The position numbers were made by a program, and so were the translations under genes. A stretch of DNA of 64,000 bases. Source: Octopus vulgaris. Taxonomy: Eukaryota. Of the stretch, positions 40,521 through 53,693 are shown in pieces. Each line of letters opens with the position of its first letter. The stretch's first letter is position 1. Location: positions 53,816,001 through 53,880,000 of the forward strand of contig OX597830.1 of NCBI GenBank assembly GCA_951406725.2, in the 5' to 3' direction. The notes under the pieces are model-generated. The model saw nothing but the letters and a program-made list of their open reading frames with translations. It was not told where the DNA came from and did no database searches.

Positions 40521-41469
40521 TAACTAATTGATCTTCCCACCTCATAAATGCCATCAGATAACAGATCAAAACAAATGATCAGCACTTAGTTCTGTAAGCA
40601 AATTAGAGGGTGGTCAGTTGGCAGAGATGGTAGAGTGTTGGACAAATGTTATTGCAACATTTAAGTTTCCTTTCCCTACGTTCTCAGCTCAAATATTGAT
40701 GAAGGTCAACTTTGCCTTTTGTCTCTTCACTGGGGTTTAGGGATTGATAAAATAAATACCCAATATAAATTATATTTGGGTCAGCACAGTCAAATATACT
40801 ACCCAACTGTTGTTCAACATAAAACATTGGCCCTTGTGCTTAAATAAGAACTGCATTAAGAGGTTGTGTCATGAACTCCGGTGTCTGTCTGTCTGTCTTT
40901 CTGTCAGCAAGGCTTTGCCTTCACTTTATCCCATTGATAACCAGGAAGTTTGAACCAAATATTTATACTGCAGTTATAAATATCAAGATTGGTCACTGAA
41001 AGAGCTTCTAGATGGTCATTTGGCTCACTAGAAGAAATAAACTCTCTCAGACTACAACAATGCCCAAATAGTCTTAAAAATTGCTATGATCTAGTGACAC
41101 ATTGTTTAAAGTAGTCCTAGATATTCAATGCCAAAGGAAACACAGTTTTGTGAGGCTGGGATACTCTTTTATCAGAGAAACATCTCTGCTTAATCAGGGC
41201 TAACCTAGGGCTAAACATCAGCAACAATGGGAAAGAGAGAGACAGCAAGACTGAGACATCATATGACACAATTTTGGCAGAAATAAATACAGTCATAAAA
41301 AAAAAAACATTGACATTTTATTTATTCTGAATTATCAGAATTTTATATTCCAAGGAAAAGATTTTCACTTATCTTTTTCTGATCATTATTACTGCTTTCA
41401 TCATCATCATCATCGTCATCATCATCACTGTCATGGTGGCAGAGTATTGTGATCTTAATTATGTTCTGT

Positions 41470-42467
41470 GCCACCAAGGTCAACTTTGCTCCTCTTTTCA
41501 TCCTTCCGGTGTCAAAAAAAAGAAAGAATAAAATAAGTACCAGTGAAAGGGTATGAATTAATCATCTATCTCCCACCCCGTCTCCCTTAACAGTTGATGA
41601 CTCTACCCCAATGTTTGAAATCATTAATATTATCAATAAGTGTACCATAACCAATGGAGTAATACTGAGGTGTAGTTACTGCTAATTGTAGATAAGGTAT
41701 TCAGCTATGGATGTTGACATTCTGTGTTCAAATCCGACTGAGGTCAACTTTGCCTTTAATCATTCCAAGGTCAGTAAAGTAGTTAGACACTGGGCTCAAT
41801 ATCATCAACTGGTCACTCCCCACCCAAATTCGTGGCCTTGTGCCTCTGTCAGAAATTATTAAGTAAGGTGGAAAGCTGGCAAAATCAGTAACATGCCGGG
41901 CAAAATGCTTAGCGGCTTTTCGTCTGTCTTTACGTTTTGAGTCCAAATTCCACCAAGGTTGACTTTGCCTTTTTTCCTTTCAGGGTCAATTAAATAAGTA
42001 CCAGTTGAACACTGGGGTTGATGTAATCAACTGGACCCTACTGCCAAAATTACTGGCTTTTTTGCCAAAATTTGAAACCATCGTCTCTACATTCCGAGTT
42101 CAAATTCTGCCGAGGTTGACTTTGCCTTTCATCCTTTCAGGGCTGATAAGCTAAGTACAAGTGAAACACTGGGATCGATGTAATCGACTATCCCTTTCCC
42201 CTCAAATTTCAGGCCTTGTGCCTTTAGAAAAGATTATTATTATTATTGTTATTAAGGTGGCGAGCTAACAGAATCATTAGCACACTGGACAAAATGTTTA
42301 GTGGCATTTCGTCTGTCCTTATGTTCTGAGTTCAAATTCCACCAAGGTCTATCTTGCCCTTCATTCTTTCAGGGTCGATAAAATGAGTACCAGTTGAATA
42401 CTGGAGTTGATGTAATCGACTACCTCCAACGCCTCAAAATTCAGACCTTGTGCCTGTAACAGAAAAG

Positions 42468-42502
<35 letters not shown>

Positions 42503-44100
42503 GATGGTAAGCTGGGAGAATTGTTAGGGTGTTGGAAAAAGTGGTTTTGTAGTATTTCATCCAGCTCTTTATGTCCTGAATTCAAATTCCACTGAAGTCA
42601 GCTTTGCCTTTCATTCTTTGGGGATTGGAAAATAAGTACCTGTCAAGTATTCAACTAGTTCTCTCCCCTAAAATTACTAGCCATGGGTCAAAGTTTTAAA
42701 GGATTATTATTAGAGCAGTCAATTGGCAGATTGTTACTGTTGGAAAAAATTGCTCTGTAATATTTATTGCAGCTTTTTGATTTCATATCTCATAAAGGTT
42801 GATTTTTGCATTCCATCCCTCTCGTGTCAATACAATAAACTACCAGCCAAGTAGTAGGGTCGATGTAATTGCTGGCCCTCTACCTAAATCAAAAACTATT
42901 GTTATAGGTGGCAAGCTGACTGAATTATTAGGACATCAGAAAAAATGCTTTGCAATGTTTGTTCTGGCTCTGTATATTCTGAGTTCAAATCCCTATTGAG
43001 TTGATACAATTTAGTACCAGTAAAATAATGGGGTCAGTATAATCAACTAGACACCTTACTTGAAAATCACTGGCCTTTCATCCTTTTGTGATTGATGAAA
43101 CAAGTACCAGTTACACACTGGGGTTGATGTAACCAATTAGTCCCTCTCCCAAATTTCAGGCCTTCATCCTATAGTAGAAAGGATAGTTATTATCCTTATT
43201 AAGGTGACAAGCTGCCAAAATTGTTAGTACATCAGACAAAATGCTTAGTGGCATTTCTTCTGATTCTCTATATCCAGAGTTCAAATTCTGCTGAGGTCAA
43301 CTTTGTTTTTCATTCCTTTGGGGTCCATAAAATAAGTACCAGTTGCGCATTGGAGTTGATGTAATCGACTAACACCATCCCTTTAAAATTATGGCCTTGT
43401 GCCTAAATTTGAAACTGCTGAGGTTAACTTTGCCTTTCATCCTCCTGGGATTGATAAAATAAAGTACCAGTCACGTACTGGGATTGGTGTAATTGACTCG
43501 TTCCCTTCCCTTAAATACTACATGTTTTGTGCTTAAATACTACATGAATTGTTGATGTTATTGCAAGCTGGCAGAATTGTTAGCACATCAGGGAAGAAGG
43601 CATAGAAGCATATCATGTTTTCATGTTCTGAGTTCAAATTCTGCTGAGGTCAACTTTGCCTTTCATCCTTTCAGGGTCAATAAATTAAGTACCAGTGAAA
43701 TACTGCGGTCGATGTAATCGACTAGTCCCCTCCTCCCAAATTTCAGGCCTTGTGCCTTTAGTAGAAATGAGCATTACTACTACTCATCTGCTATAGAGAG
43801 TTGAAAGTAAGCTTCTAGCAATTTAAATCTGCATTTGAGATTTGATCCTTGCTTGAGTAATCTCTTTTAGCTTATACCCTGCCTTGGGCCAATGGGATGG
43901 AAAGGGTTGAGTGGCAGGCAGATTCAATGTCTTAAGGTATTTAGTTACATCCCTGTACATTTTGAAGTCAAGTCTTGCCCAGGTTGATATTCACCTTTCA
44001 TCTTCACAAAGCTGATAAACTAAAGCACCCAGTTACAAATTGAACGGTTGATTTCAATGACTATCCACTTGAATTTGTAGCTGTGTACCATTTTTCAGAA
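41470..44100 (+). mobile_element. Same-strand array of roughly a dozen old SINE family A copies with (ATT)n tails
   Basis: Repeated GAGTTCAAAT..GCCTTTCATCC..AAGTACCAG..GGCCTTGTGCC units. Confidence 0.85.
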
Positions 44101-45180
44101 AACATCCTATTCGTCATCATCATCACCATCATTTAAAGGAAGGTAATCATTATAGCTGAACTATCAGATTTTAATCTTCTCCGGTGCCCAGTTTTATTGA
44201 TAAGGGGGTCAGGTTGAATTAATGACAATATATTATACACTCGTTGGCTCAGCACAAAGAGCTGTGAATAGATACTATGAAGAAATACTGATCACGTGTT
44301 TCACAAGGCCAGGAGTAATGCATAATTTTATTAATTAATTGTTTTGTTAGCTTGCAGGTTTGGATTCAACTTCTTCCTTGAGTTGAGAGAAGGTCATTGG
44401 TATAAACACTCCTCAGTTGTCTGCCCGTATTTTGATTAGGGGCTTGATAGGTATCCACCGCCAGGTGGCCTAATGTAGCTAAAGAAGGATTCCATTATAA
44501 AACCACTGGAAATACAGACATAATTTCCTGTTTACATAAACACACATATCGTTTACATGCACGCACACACATACATCAGTACAATATATATATACACACA
44601 TTTATTCATTTATTTTCCCCCATTATTATGTCCAGTTTTCAAATATAGCTGTTTAAATACTACGTTACTACTGGGATATGGGTGTGAGTTTGTGTGTTTT
44701 ATACAAATAAATTTTTGTTCCATAAGTTTGCCAGATTTTCCAATATAAAATTTGTTTAAATGCTGCCTTACTTATGAGAGACCATACACACACGTAGACA
44801 CACACATATATAAATACATACATAAATACACACACACACACACTAAATATATAGATTTTATGTATACATACATTATACATATGTGCACGCACACATTTTT
44901 CATATCTTAATAAAACAAGGAATTTCAGAATGCTGCTGTTGATGGTGCCACTGTGTACATCTGGTGTTCTCTGCCAGAACATGGAACTGTTGCAAAAATG
45001 GCTGCTGCATCTCACTACAACATCAAAATATCTTACTGCTGCTCTCAATTGGACAACAGTGCCACCAATATATAGACACCCCGAAGACTCCTTCCTGCTG
45101 CTTACCAAAAGATGATGTCCTTTGAAGGAACTTTCTCTCTGTCTCTTTCTTCTGTCAATTTCTGATTGATGGAAATTAAG

Positions 45181-45221
45181 CTACTTAACGGAGCGTTTTA
45201 GTTTCAAATCTTTGCTGAGGA
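45181..45221 (-). CDS. Start of candidate terminal exon of the minus-strand gene (SSAKI* in phase 0, LSKDLKLKRSVK* in phase 1, or entirely 3' UTR)
   Basis: Very long minus-strand pyrimidine tract ending TTCTTCATCAG, followed by unique sequence. Confidence 0.4.
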
Positions 45222-45820
45222 CTGATGAAGAAAAAAAAGAAAAGGAAAAAATACAACTCCAAAATGTAAAAAAAGAAAAAAAAAAGATACAAACCAAAAA
45301 CATTCTTTCAATTTCCCAAGTGCTCACTAATTAATAAATTTAAGAAAAAGGAACATAATTAACAATAATAAATGTAATATATTCAACTAATAAAGAAAAT
45401 GTATAAAAAAATTTTAAAAATAAGAAAAATTTCCTCTTCTCCTCCCCCCTCCTTATGAAGAAAAGGAAATTTTTAACAAAATTTGTTATGGTTGTAATCA
45501 TTCATCACAAATATAAGGACAAAAACTGCATGCACTTGTATACATGCATGTAATATAAAATATTTAGATACATATATATATAATTTAATAAATATAGGAT
45601 TTCAATGTGAACCATTATGTTTCCTGCTCCAATATTGCAGTGATTGGATAAGCTTGTGTAACATGCTGTGTACAATTCTATAAGTTTTCGTGTTTATTTT
45701 GAGCCTGAAAGATTGCAGGATAGTACGTGGCAAACTATATAGGCTCATCCAACTACTGTTCTATTCAAGCATGAAACTTATGGTAGCCCTAGTGTGTGTT
45801 TGTTTGTATGTATGTATGCA

Positions 45821-45852
<32 letters not shown>

Positions 45853-47278
45853 CACATGCATACATATACTACAACAAAAATTAATTTTGTGAAACCAATA
45901 TTACACATTGCTCTTCCAAGATCTTGTTTTGAAACAATTTTCTTTAAATGTACTTTAAATCAACTTAGAGATAATTCAAATTGCAAACTGGTAGAAGTTC
46001 TTTCCAATGATGAGTGTATTTTATCTTCAATACAAAAAAAAAATTAAGATAACAAAAAGGCACTCACATTGAATGCAAAAGTAAAACAACCAGCTCAATA
46101 TTTCTGGGCATTTCAGAAATGTTGGTTTAAGAACATACCTAATAAAAAATAAATTTATTTTTAATGAAATTCTTTCAGAGTTCTGATTAATATTGGTTAT
46201 ATATTCACATATGGCTGTGTAGGCATGGCTGGGGTTAAGAAGCTCACTTTGCAAGCATATGGTTTTGGGTTCTGGTCAGTCCTACTGTGTTGCACATTGG
46301 GCAAGTGTCTTCTACTATAGCCCCAGTCTGATCAGTACCTTGAGTGAATTTAGTAGGTAGAGATTGTATGGAAACCTGTTATGTGTTTGAGTGAATGTTG
46401 ATATCCTACATTGTCACCACTCCTGAATGGATTGGTGGTAATCTTGACCTTATGACCTCTCTGAAAATATTATAGGTTTAGCTATAGGATGAACTTACCC
46501 CTATGAAATTCTGCCCCAAAATAACCCCCAATTAATCTTTGCCAGAATGGAAAAATGGCCATTAAATAAATGAATGCTGTGTGTGTTTGGTCCTAAAGAT
46601 CCTTGATTTTTGTATGATTACAACCTTAAAAAAAAAAAAAAAGTCCCCTGTTTCCTTTTTTTTATATGTCCTTGTATTCTGTGTTCTTTGTTTACAAATT
46701 CTTCCCCCAAATTTCATGGAATATCTATCACTAGCCTGTCTATATTTCTGTATTTGTGTGTGTACCAAAGTATGGCAGTTTCCAAACAACTCCAGCTTCC
46801 TCAAAAAACAAAAGAAAAACCGAAACAAAATTCTTCCAAAAATAATTTTTTTCCTTTTTTTTTTCATCAATGTTTTTTTGAGCTGTGAAAAGTTTCTATA
46901 ATAATAATAATAATAATAATAATGACAATATTTGAACATTACCTGCTATTTACCTGTATAAATAAGTAAATGATCGAAAAAGATGGAAATGTATATTTTT
47001 GTTTTTATTTTTAAATTCTTCATTTTATTTTACTTTACCAAAATGTAAGAACTGGAAGGAATATTCTGGAAAGGTTTTTTTTCTTTTTCTGTTCTTGTAA
47101 ATTAAATTTCATTTATTTATTTATCTATTCATCTATTTATTTATCATTGCATAATTGCTTCTATGGTAAGTACTGTACGGCACCCAGTGATGAAGACAGT
47201 GAGTACTCAATAGACCAAGGCCACAACCAGCCTTGTTCAACAGCAGGTGGAAAGGTATTAACATCACAACATCCTTAC

Positions 47279-47335
47279 AAGGATTCAATTGTACTGAATT
47301 TCCGATCCACCACACAAACATGTTACCATATATTT
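47279..47335 (-). CDS. Candidate exon of the minus-strand gene (phase 0: KYMVTCLCGGSEIQYN*)
   Basis: TTAACATTTTGTTATCAG acceptor, stop at 47287-47285, GTAAGG donor after 47279. Phase-compatible with exon 60473-60366. Confidence 0.5.
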
Positions 47336-47526
47336 CTGATAACAAAATGTTAATGATTAAATCACATCAAATTCAATTAACCATAATCAATGCAAGCATT
47401 GTTTGATAAGTGGTTCCTGGTTCATTCTCATTGTGCACCACCTTGGTAACATCTGTGCTTTAGCCTTGATTTAACCAAAATGTCATGAATAGAATTTCAT
47501 AGCTGGGGTAGACTCCAGTCATGTAC

Positions 47527-48503
47527 ACATACTACTAAAACTCTTGCTTGCTTGTCTGTAATTTAATACCTATTTCTTTACTACCCACAAGGGGCTAAAC
47601 ATAGTAAGGACAAACGGATTAAGTCAATTATATCGACCCCAGTGCATGACTGGTACTTAATTTATCGACCCTGAAAAGATGCAAGGCAAAGTCGACCTTG
47701 GCGGAATTTGAACTCAGAACGTAGCGGCAGATGAAATACCGCTAAGCATTTTGCCCGGCATGCTAACGTTTCTGCCAGCTTGCCACTGTAATTTAATACA
47801 ACCAAACCGGTACATAATGGGAAATTACTCTGAATCAAGATACCCCTGAAATGTGAATATAAACAGAATAAAACAAGTTTCGTGTAAATCAGACCTTGGA
47901 TTCCTGAGATACATGGTTTTTTTTGGCACCTTCATAAATAGCCAAAACGGTGCTTAGTGGGGAAAATACTCTGAAAGTAACATAACTCTGAAAGGGAAGA
48001 AACTCTAATCTTTTAATTAGCGAAAGACATTATGATCAATGTCTTCTGTATTTTGAAGACAAACTTAACGACCTGGGCAAAAGTCTAAGTGACTTTAATT
48101 TGCCACTGCCAAATAATATTGTCACTAATCAGGATATTGGCAATCTGGAGTTATTGCACGAGTTACAATACAGCAGAGAAGAGTAGCAATGATTTGTAGA
48201 AGAGAGGGGACTCTATTGAATAGTGAGCAAGAATATGTGTACAACTTTGTAACAGTTTAGAGGGGAACATATCTGCATTGATTTTCATTGACGCTCCAGG
48301 TGGAACAGGAAAGACATTGCTGATAAATAATCAATAAAACCTTAAAGATGAACTTGTAAACCAGATTTACGATGACAGGAACGAATTGAAATATTTAACT
48401 GAAACATCATAAAATTAACTTTCATTTCAATGCAATGTTGAAATCAGCTTCAATGTTTTATAACCTGAACTGACAGTGACCCAATGGGTCATGGATTTTC
48501 TAG
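47527..48503 (+). mobile_element. Non-autonomous Helitron with internal Pif1-helicase fragment
   Basis: 3' hairpin TGACCC-AAT-GGGTCA (48477-48491) then CTAG|T. 48016-48330 encodes ...GKSLSDFNLPLP...LNSEQ...FIDAPGGTGKT with stops and a frameshift. 5' end (CATACTACTAAAA) is approximate. Confidence 0.8.
47570..47785 (-). mobile_element. SINE family A inserted in the Helitron
   Basis: TSD CTGTAATTTAATAC at 47556-47569 and 47786-47799. Confidence 0.9.
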
Positions 48504-48518
48504 TATATATATAAACTC

Positions 48519-48663
48519 AAAATAAACAACAAGTATATCCAAGGTAGTGAAGTACAATTGTTTCATACTACTTCATTTTATTAAACACTAAGTATTTAGT
48601 AAGTAATGAAGTAGCATGAAACAATTGTACTACTCTACCTTGGATATACTTGTTGCTTATTTT
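48519..48663. repeat. Fold-back palindrome carrying a hammerhead 3' half (GAAACAATTGTA)
   Basis: Arms of about 60 bp, near-perfect reverse complements. Confidence 0.8.
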
Positions 48664-50314
48664 AATTATAATCACCCCATTTGATTTATATGAATAATAC
48701 CATATGAAATTCTGGTGCTTTTAACTTAAGTACCATATTCATCTGAATCTAAACTTTGCTGAACTTATATATATTATAAGCTAGCATTGAACAGTGAGAA
48801 TGATTGCATTTGGTAGATAAATATTTTTTATTTGTGGTTTAACAAAGCAACTGAGGATTTCAAGTGATCCACTTGGGAATGTTGGTAATCGCTTCAAATT
48901 TGGATGAGAACTGGAGGTGGTTACCAATAATTACAAGTGGGTCACTTTGAAGCTGTGGAGATCTTTTCTACATAAAACCATTGTAGAAAAGATCTACAAT
49001 GGTTTTATGTTAATCCACAAATAAACTGTGTATATCATCATCATCATTGTTTAACATCTGCCTTCCATGCATGCATGGGTTGGACAGTTTCACAGGAGTC
49101 AGCCAGGTAGAAGACTACCCCAGTCTATTGTGTCTGTTTTGGCAGGGTTTTAAAGACTGGATGCCTTTCTTAACACCAATCACTTTACAGTGTGGACTGG
49201 GTGCTTTTTACATGGTATCAGTACTGGCAGGGTCACTAAGTAACTTGCAAGATAAGGAATTTTGAGAGGGGAGGGGGCATTGGAGGAGGTGATCTTGTGT
49301 CAGATGATAAAAGGTTAGAATGTGTGTATCATTATCATCATCATCGTTTAACGTCCATTTTCCATGCTAGCATGGGTTGGACGGTTCGACCGGGGTCTGG
49401 GAAGCTAGGAGGCTGCACCAGGCTCCAGTCTGATCTGGCAGAGTTCCTACAACTGGATGCCCTTCCTAATGCCAACTACTCCGTGAGTGTAGTGGGTGCT
49501 TTTTATGTACCACCGGCACAGGAGCCAGGAGAGGCTGGCAATGGCCATGATCGGTTGGTGCTTTTTACGTGCCACCGGCACGGAAGCCAGTCAAGGTGGA
49601 GCTGCCATTGACCACGTACGGATGGTGCTTTTTATGTGCCACCGGCATGTATATATATATATATGTACATATATATATATGTATAATATCCCTGACTGGA
49701 AACGGAGGCTGTCATCCCAACTGATACACTGCTGTGAATGCCCTTGGATGACAGACTCTGGTGATAATGTTCCATGCTTTCCAATCTATGGTTCTGGCTT
49801 TGGCAAGCTTGATGTCAAAGCACTGTGACTTCAGGTTTTCCTCAGTTTGTTTTGCTCACATCTTCTGATCAATCATTTGCTCAATGAGGCAGTCTTTATT
49901 TAGAATAGCCATCTAGGTATCATACTTAATGAATACACACTCTGTAGGTCAGTTATTGTGTTATTAGTCCTGAGATAACAACTCTTATAGACTTGCTGTG
50001 TTAAAAATAGAATAAATATCAGTGACAATGAATTCTCATCCAAGCCTCTGAAAAGGCTCAAAAAGTCTGAAATGATTCTGGTGCTCTCACTGGCTGCTTG
50101 GTGGCACAAATTTTCTTCACTCTCCAATATTTATCATGTAGCTGGCCTTTCGTCAGAGTGTGTGATAAGAAGCTTGCTTTACAGCTACATGGTAGTATAT
50201 TCTTAGAAAAATTCCATGTTGTCGCTATTGTAGCTATCTTCTTGCTCTATAAGAGTAATTGAGTAAAATTATACTAATGTGTCCAACTGATTAAAATTCT
50301 ATTTATTTATTTTT

Positions 50315-50402
50315 GTGCAGCTGAGGATAGTCCTGCATTTAAAGTGATGCAATGATTGCATTGTTCAATTAAATGGAGCTGCTTGAAATGGTCATACTGC
50401 AT
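50315..50402 (+). ncRNA. Type I hammerhead ribozyme motif with long stem II
   Basis: gtgcag-CTGAGGA-[57-nt hairpin: catttaa/ttaaatg, atgcaat/attgcat]-GAAA-tggtca-TA-ctgcat. Confidence 0.7.
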
Positions 50403-50446
50403 CGCTTCTTGATATCCTGTTGCTTATTTTGATTATATATATAAAT

Positions 50447-50685
50447 AAAGGCACATGGCTCAGTGGTTAGAGTGTTGGGCTTACAATCGTGAGGTTGTGA
50501 GTTTAATTCATAAACAGGTCTGTATGTTGTGTTCTTGAGCAAGACCCTCTGTTTCATTTTGCTCCAGTTCACTCATCTGTAGAAATGAGTTGTGACGTCA
50601 CTGGTGCCAAGCTGTAATCAGCCTTTGCCTTTCCCTGGACAACATCAGTGGCATGGAGAAGGCAGGCTGGTATGCACGGGTGACC
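50447..50685 (+). mobile_element. tRNA-derived SINE family D
   Basis: Head GGCACATGGCTCAGTGGTTAGAG...GAGTTTAATTC and TTGTGTTCTTGAGCAAGAC core. A related copy starts at 18782. Confidence 0.7.
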
Positions 50686-51619
50686 ATTTATTTTCTTTTT
50701 CCTCTATAAGATGTATTGCAAAAGGATGAATGCCACTTAACAGCATAGATATAGAGAAAAAAAAATGTTTATTTGATATTTCAGTCATAACAAGGTCTGA
50801 TTGTAAACTGAAGAATCATGATATGAACAGCCAACTTTAAATAACATTAATAATTGGTATTTCACTCCTATGTACACTCACATATACATAAATACAGATG
50901 TACACACACAGACATAGATATGCACATACATAGACACAGAAGCACGTGCACAATGTCATAAGGAAATGGGCTGAGAACAACATTGGAATCAATATTTCTT
51001 TACAAGTCTAGAAATTCCAAAACATTCTTAAGTTTGTACTTCTATGTTCCTAATGAAGACAGTCTCTGCAGAAAATACATTTTTTTTTTACATTCTAAAA
51101 GCAATGACAAATTATAGAAATATACTTTTATCAGATACTTTGGTTCTCCAAGAAAAATCAAGTGGAATATTCCAATAATCAATTTTAAAGGAAATTGTGA
51201 AATACAGTAGAAAAGAAAGCTTTACCAAATTCATGGTCCTTCAAAAAAAAACAAAAAAAAACAAACTAAGTAGAACAGTCCAAGAATCAATTTGAAGCCA
51301 AAATACAAAATTAAGATGTTATTTTATCATATTCTTGGTTTTACCAAATGAAAGCCCATTGGCACAGTCCAAGACAATTGTTAAATAGAGAAGAAAATTG
51401 ACAGGTACTTGCTCTCCACATCATCATCATCATTGTCTAACATTTGGTTTGCATGGAACTGGGAAGCTTTCCAGGCTTCAGTTGTTTGCTTCTACAGCTG
51501 GATGCCCTTCCTTATACTGACCACTTTATAGAGTGTGCTGGGTGCTTTCGACATGCTACTAGCATGGGTGTGTTTACACAACACCGGACTGAGTGCATTA
51601 GGTGTGGCACTAGCACCTG

Positions 51620-52228
51620 AAAGGACAATCCTTTTATGTATGGAAGACAGCGATTTTACTCCGCTCAAATCGCCACAACTCCCAATCCCTTGCCATTTCC
51701 TCAGTGAGCCCCATCATCCAAAGATCCTTTCTCGCTACTTCATCCTGTGTCTTCTGGGTCTACCCCTTCCACAGGTTCCCTCCACAATTAGAACTCAGCG
51801 CTTCCTTATGCAGCTGTCCTCATCCATATGCATCACGTGACCTAACCAGTCCAATCTTCTCTCTTGCACACAACATTTGATGCCTTTTACACCCAGTTTT
51901 TCTCTTAAATCATTTACACTCTGTCATATGTGCTCACTGAATTACCCATCCAATGGAGCATGCTAGCTTCATTCAAGCCTTCACAAGTCCTCTCTAGTCA
52001 AAGCCCATGTTTCACTGCCATGTAACATAGCTGTACATACACAGGCATCACACAACCTGCCTTTCACTTTGAGGGAAAGGCCCTTAGTTACCAAGAAAGG
52101 CAGAAGCTCTCTAAATTTTGCCCAGCCTGTTCTTATCTAGCAACTACACTTTCAAAACTTCCTCCTCCTCTGCTAACTTGGTCTCCCAGGTAACAGAAGC
52201 TATCTACTAATTCTATTGATCCCCCTAA
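51620..52228 (-). mobile_element. RTE-clade LINE 3' remnant
   Basis: Minus frames read FCYLGD..., LHGSETWAL..., RRLDWLGHVMHMDED...VEGTCGRGRPR, with stops. Confidence 0.85.
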
Positions 52229-52896
52229 GTATTGTCTGCATTTTTAGTGCTGCCTTTTACCAGCGTTGCCTTACTTGGCACTTGTGCCCGTGCTAGTAGG
52301 GTGCCAAGAGCACCATCCGAGTGTGATTGTTGCCAGAGCAGCCAACTGGCTTCCGTGCCGGCGGCATGTAAAAGAGCACCATTCAAGCGTGATCGTTACC
52401 AACGTCACCTTACATTAAGGGTACTCTTTCATCAACTTGAAAAGTGGAGTGGTTGCAGTTCCTCATCATCCTCATCATCATCATCGTTTAACGTCCACTT
52501 TCCATGCAAGCATGGGTTGGACGATTTTGACTGAGGGCTGGCGAACCAGATGGCTGCACCAGGCTTCAATCTTGATTTGGCAGAGTTTCTACAGCTGGAT
52601 GCCCTTCCTAACGCCAACCACTCCGAGAAACTGGAATCAGTCATTTCATGATCACATTGAAAACTGTGAAAGTCTTTTTAAGTCTATTGAAAACATGTGG
52701 ACTGTCGTCTCTCAAAGTATCAAGTACAGCAACATAATCTTCAGGTTGTCATTTCAGTGATGCCATCTTCAACATGGTACAAGTGTGGTTGCTCGCTTCT
52801 CAAATGGTTCTGAGTTCAGTCCCACTGTGTGGCACCTTGGCTGACCAAAGTTTTGTGAGTGGATTTGGTAGATGGAAACTGAAAGAAGCCCATTGC

Positions 52897-52928
<32 letters not shown>

Positions 52929-53315
52929 CACCCATGAATCGTAGTCATGGTTGCTGCTGGTTCCATGTAAATGGCACTTGTGCACCATGGTCATTGCTGA
53001 CAGGATGTAAATCATAGTTGTGGTTGCTACTGGTGCCATGTTATTTGGCACCTCTGCATTGTAGTCGTTACCAGTGCCATGTAAGTGGCACCCATGAGTC
53101 ATAGCTGTGGTCATTGCTGGTGTCATGTAAATAACACGTGAAAGCATCCATTACATTTCTGGAGTGGTTGGCATTAGGAAGGGCTTCCAACCGTAGAACC
53201 CAAGCCAAATCAGACTGGAACCTGGTGCAGATCTCTGGTGTATCAGCTCCAGTCAAACCATCTAACCCATAGAGAGTGGGTGTTAAGTGATGACGATGAG
53301 GATGATGATATATGA

Positions 53316-53693
53316 GGCGCAGGAGTGGCTGTGTGGTAAGTAGCTTGCTTACCAACCACATGGTTCCGGGTTCAGTCCCACTGCGTGGCATCTTGGGCAA
53401 GTGTCTTCTTGCCCCGGGCCGACCAATGCCTTGTGAGTGGATTTGGTAGACGGAAACTGAAAGAAGCCTGTCGTATATATGTATATATATATATATAAGT
53501 GTGTGTGTATGTTTGTGTGTCTGTGTTTGTCCCCCTAGCATTGCTTGACAACCGATGCTGGTGTGTTTACATCCCCGTCACTTAGCAGTTCGGCAAAAGA
53601 GACCGATAGAATAAGTCCCAGGGTCGATTTGCTCAACTAAGGGTGGTGCTCCAGCATGGCCGCAGTCAAATGACTGAAACAAGTAAAAGAGTA
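53316..53693 (+). mobile_element. SINE family B, young full-length copy
   Basis: GGCGCAGGAGTGGCTGTGTGGTAAG head, GGTTCAGTCCC B-box. Near-identical to 54910-55287. Confidence 0.9.

Noticed and set aside
41470-44100. Repeat-spacer-like periodicity suggesting CRISPR
   Set aside because: Units are ~200-bp diverged SINEs, context is eukaryotic, no cas genes.
44930-45115. 61-aa + strand ORF in unique sequence
   Set aside because: No recognisable motif. More simply the antisense of the minus-strand gene's 3' UTR.
49690-50160. Unique-looking segment as an exon
   Set aside because: Interrupted frames, faintly like a LINE C-terminus, too degraded to call.
50311-50400. TTTTGTGCAG as a + strand splice acceptor
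   Set aside because: No convincing exon follows, and it is better explained as hammerhead stem I.
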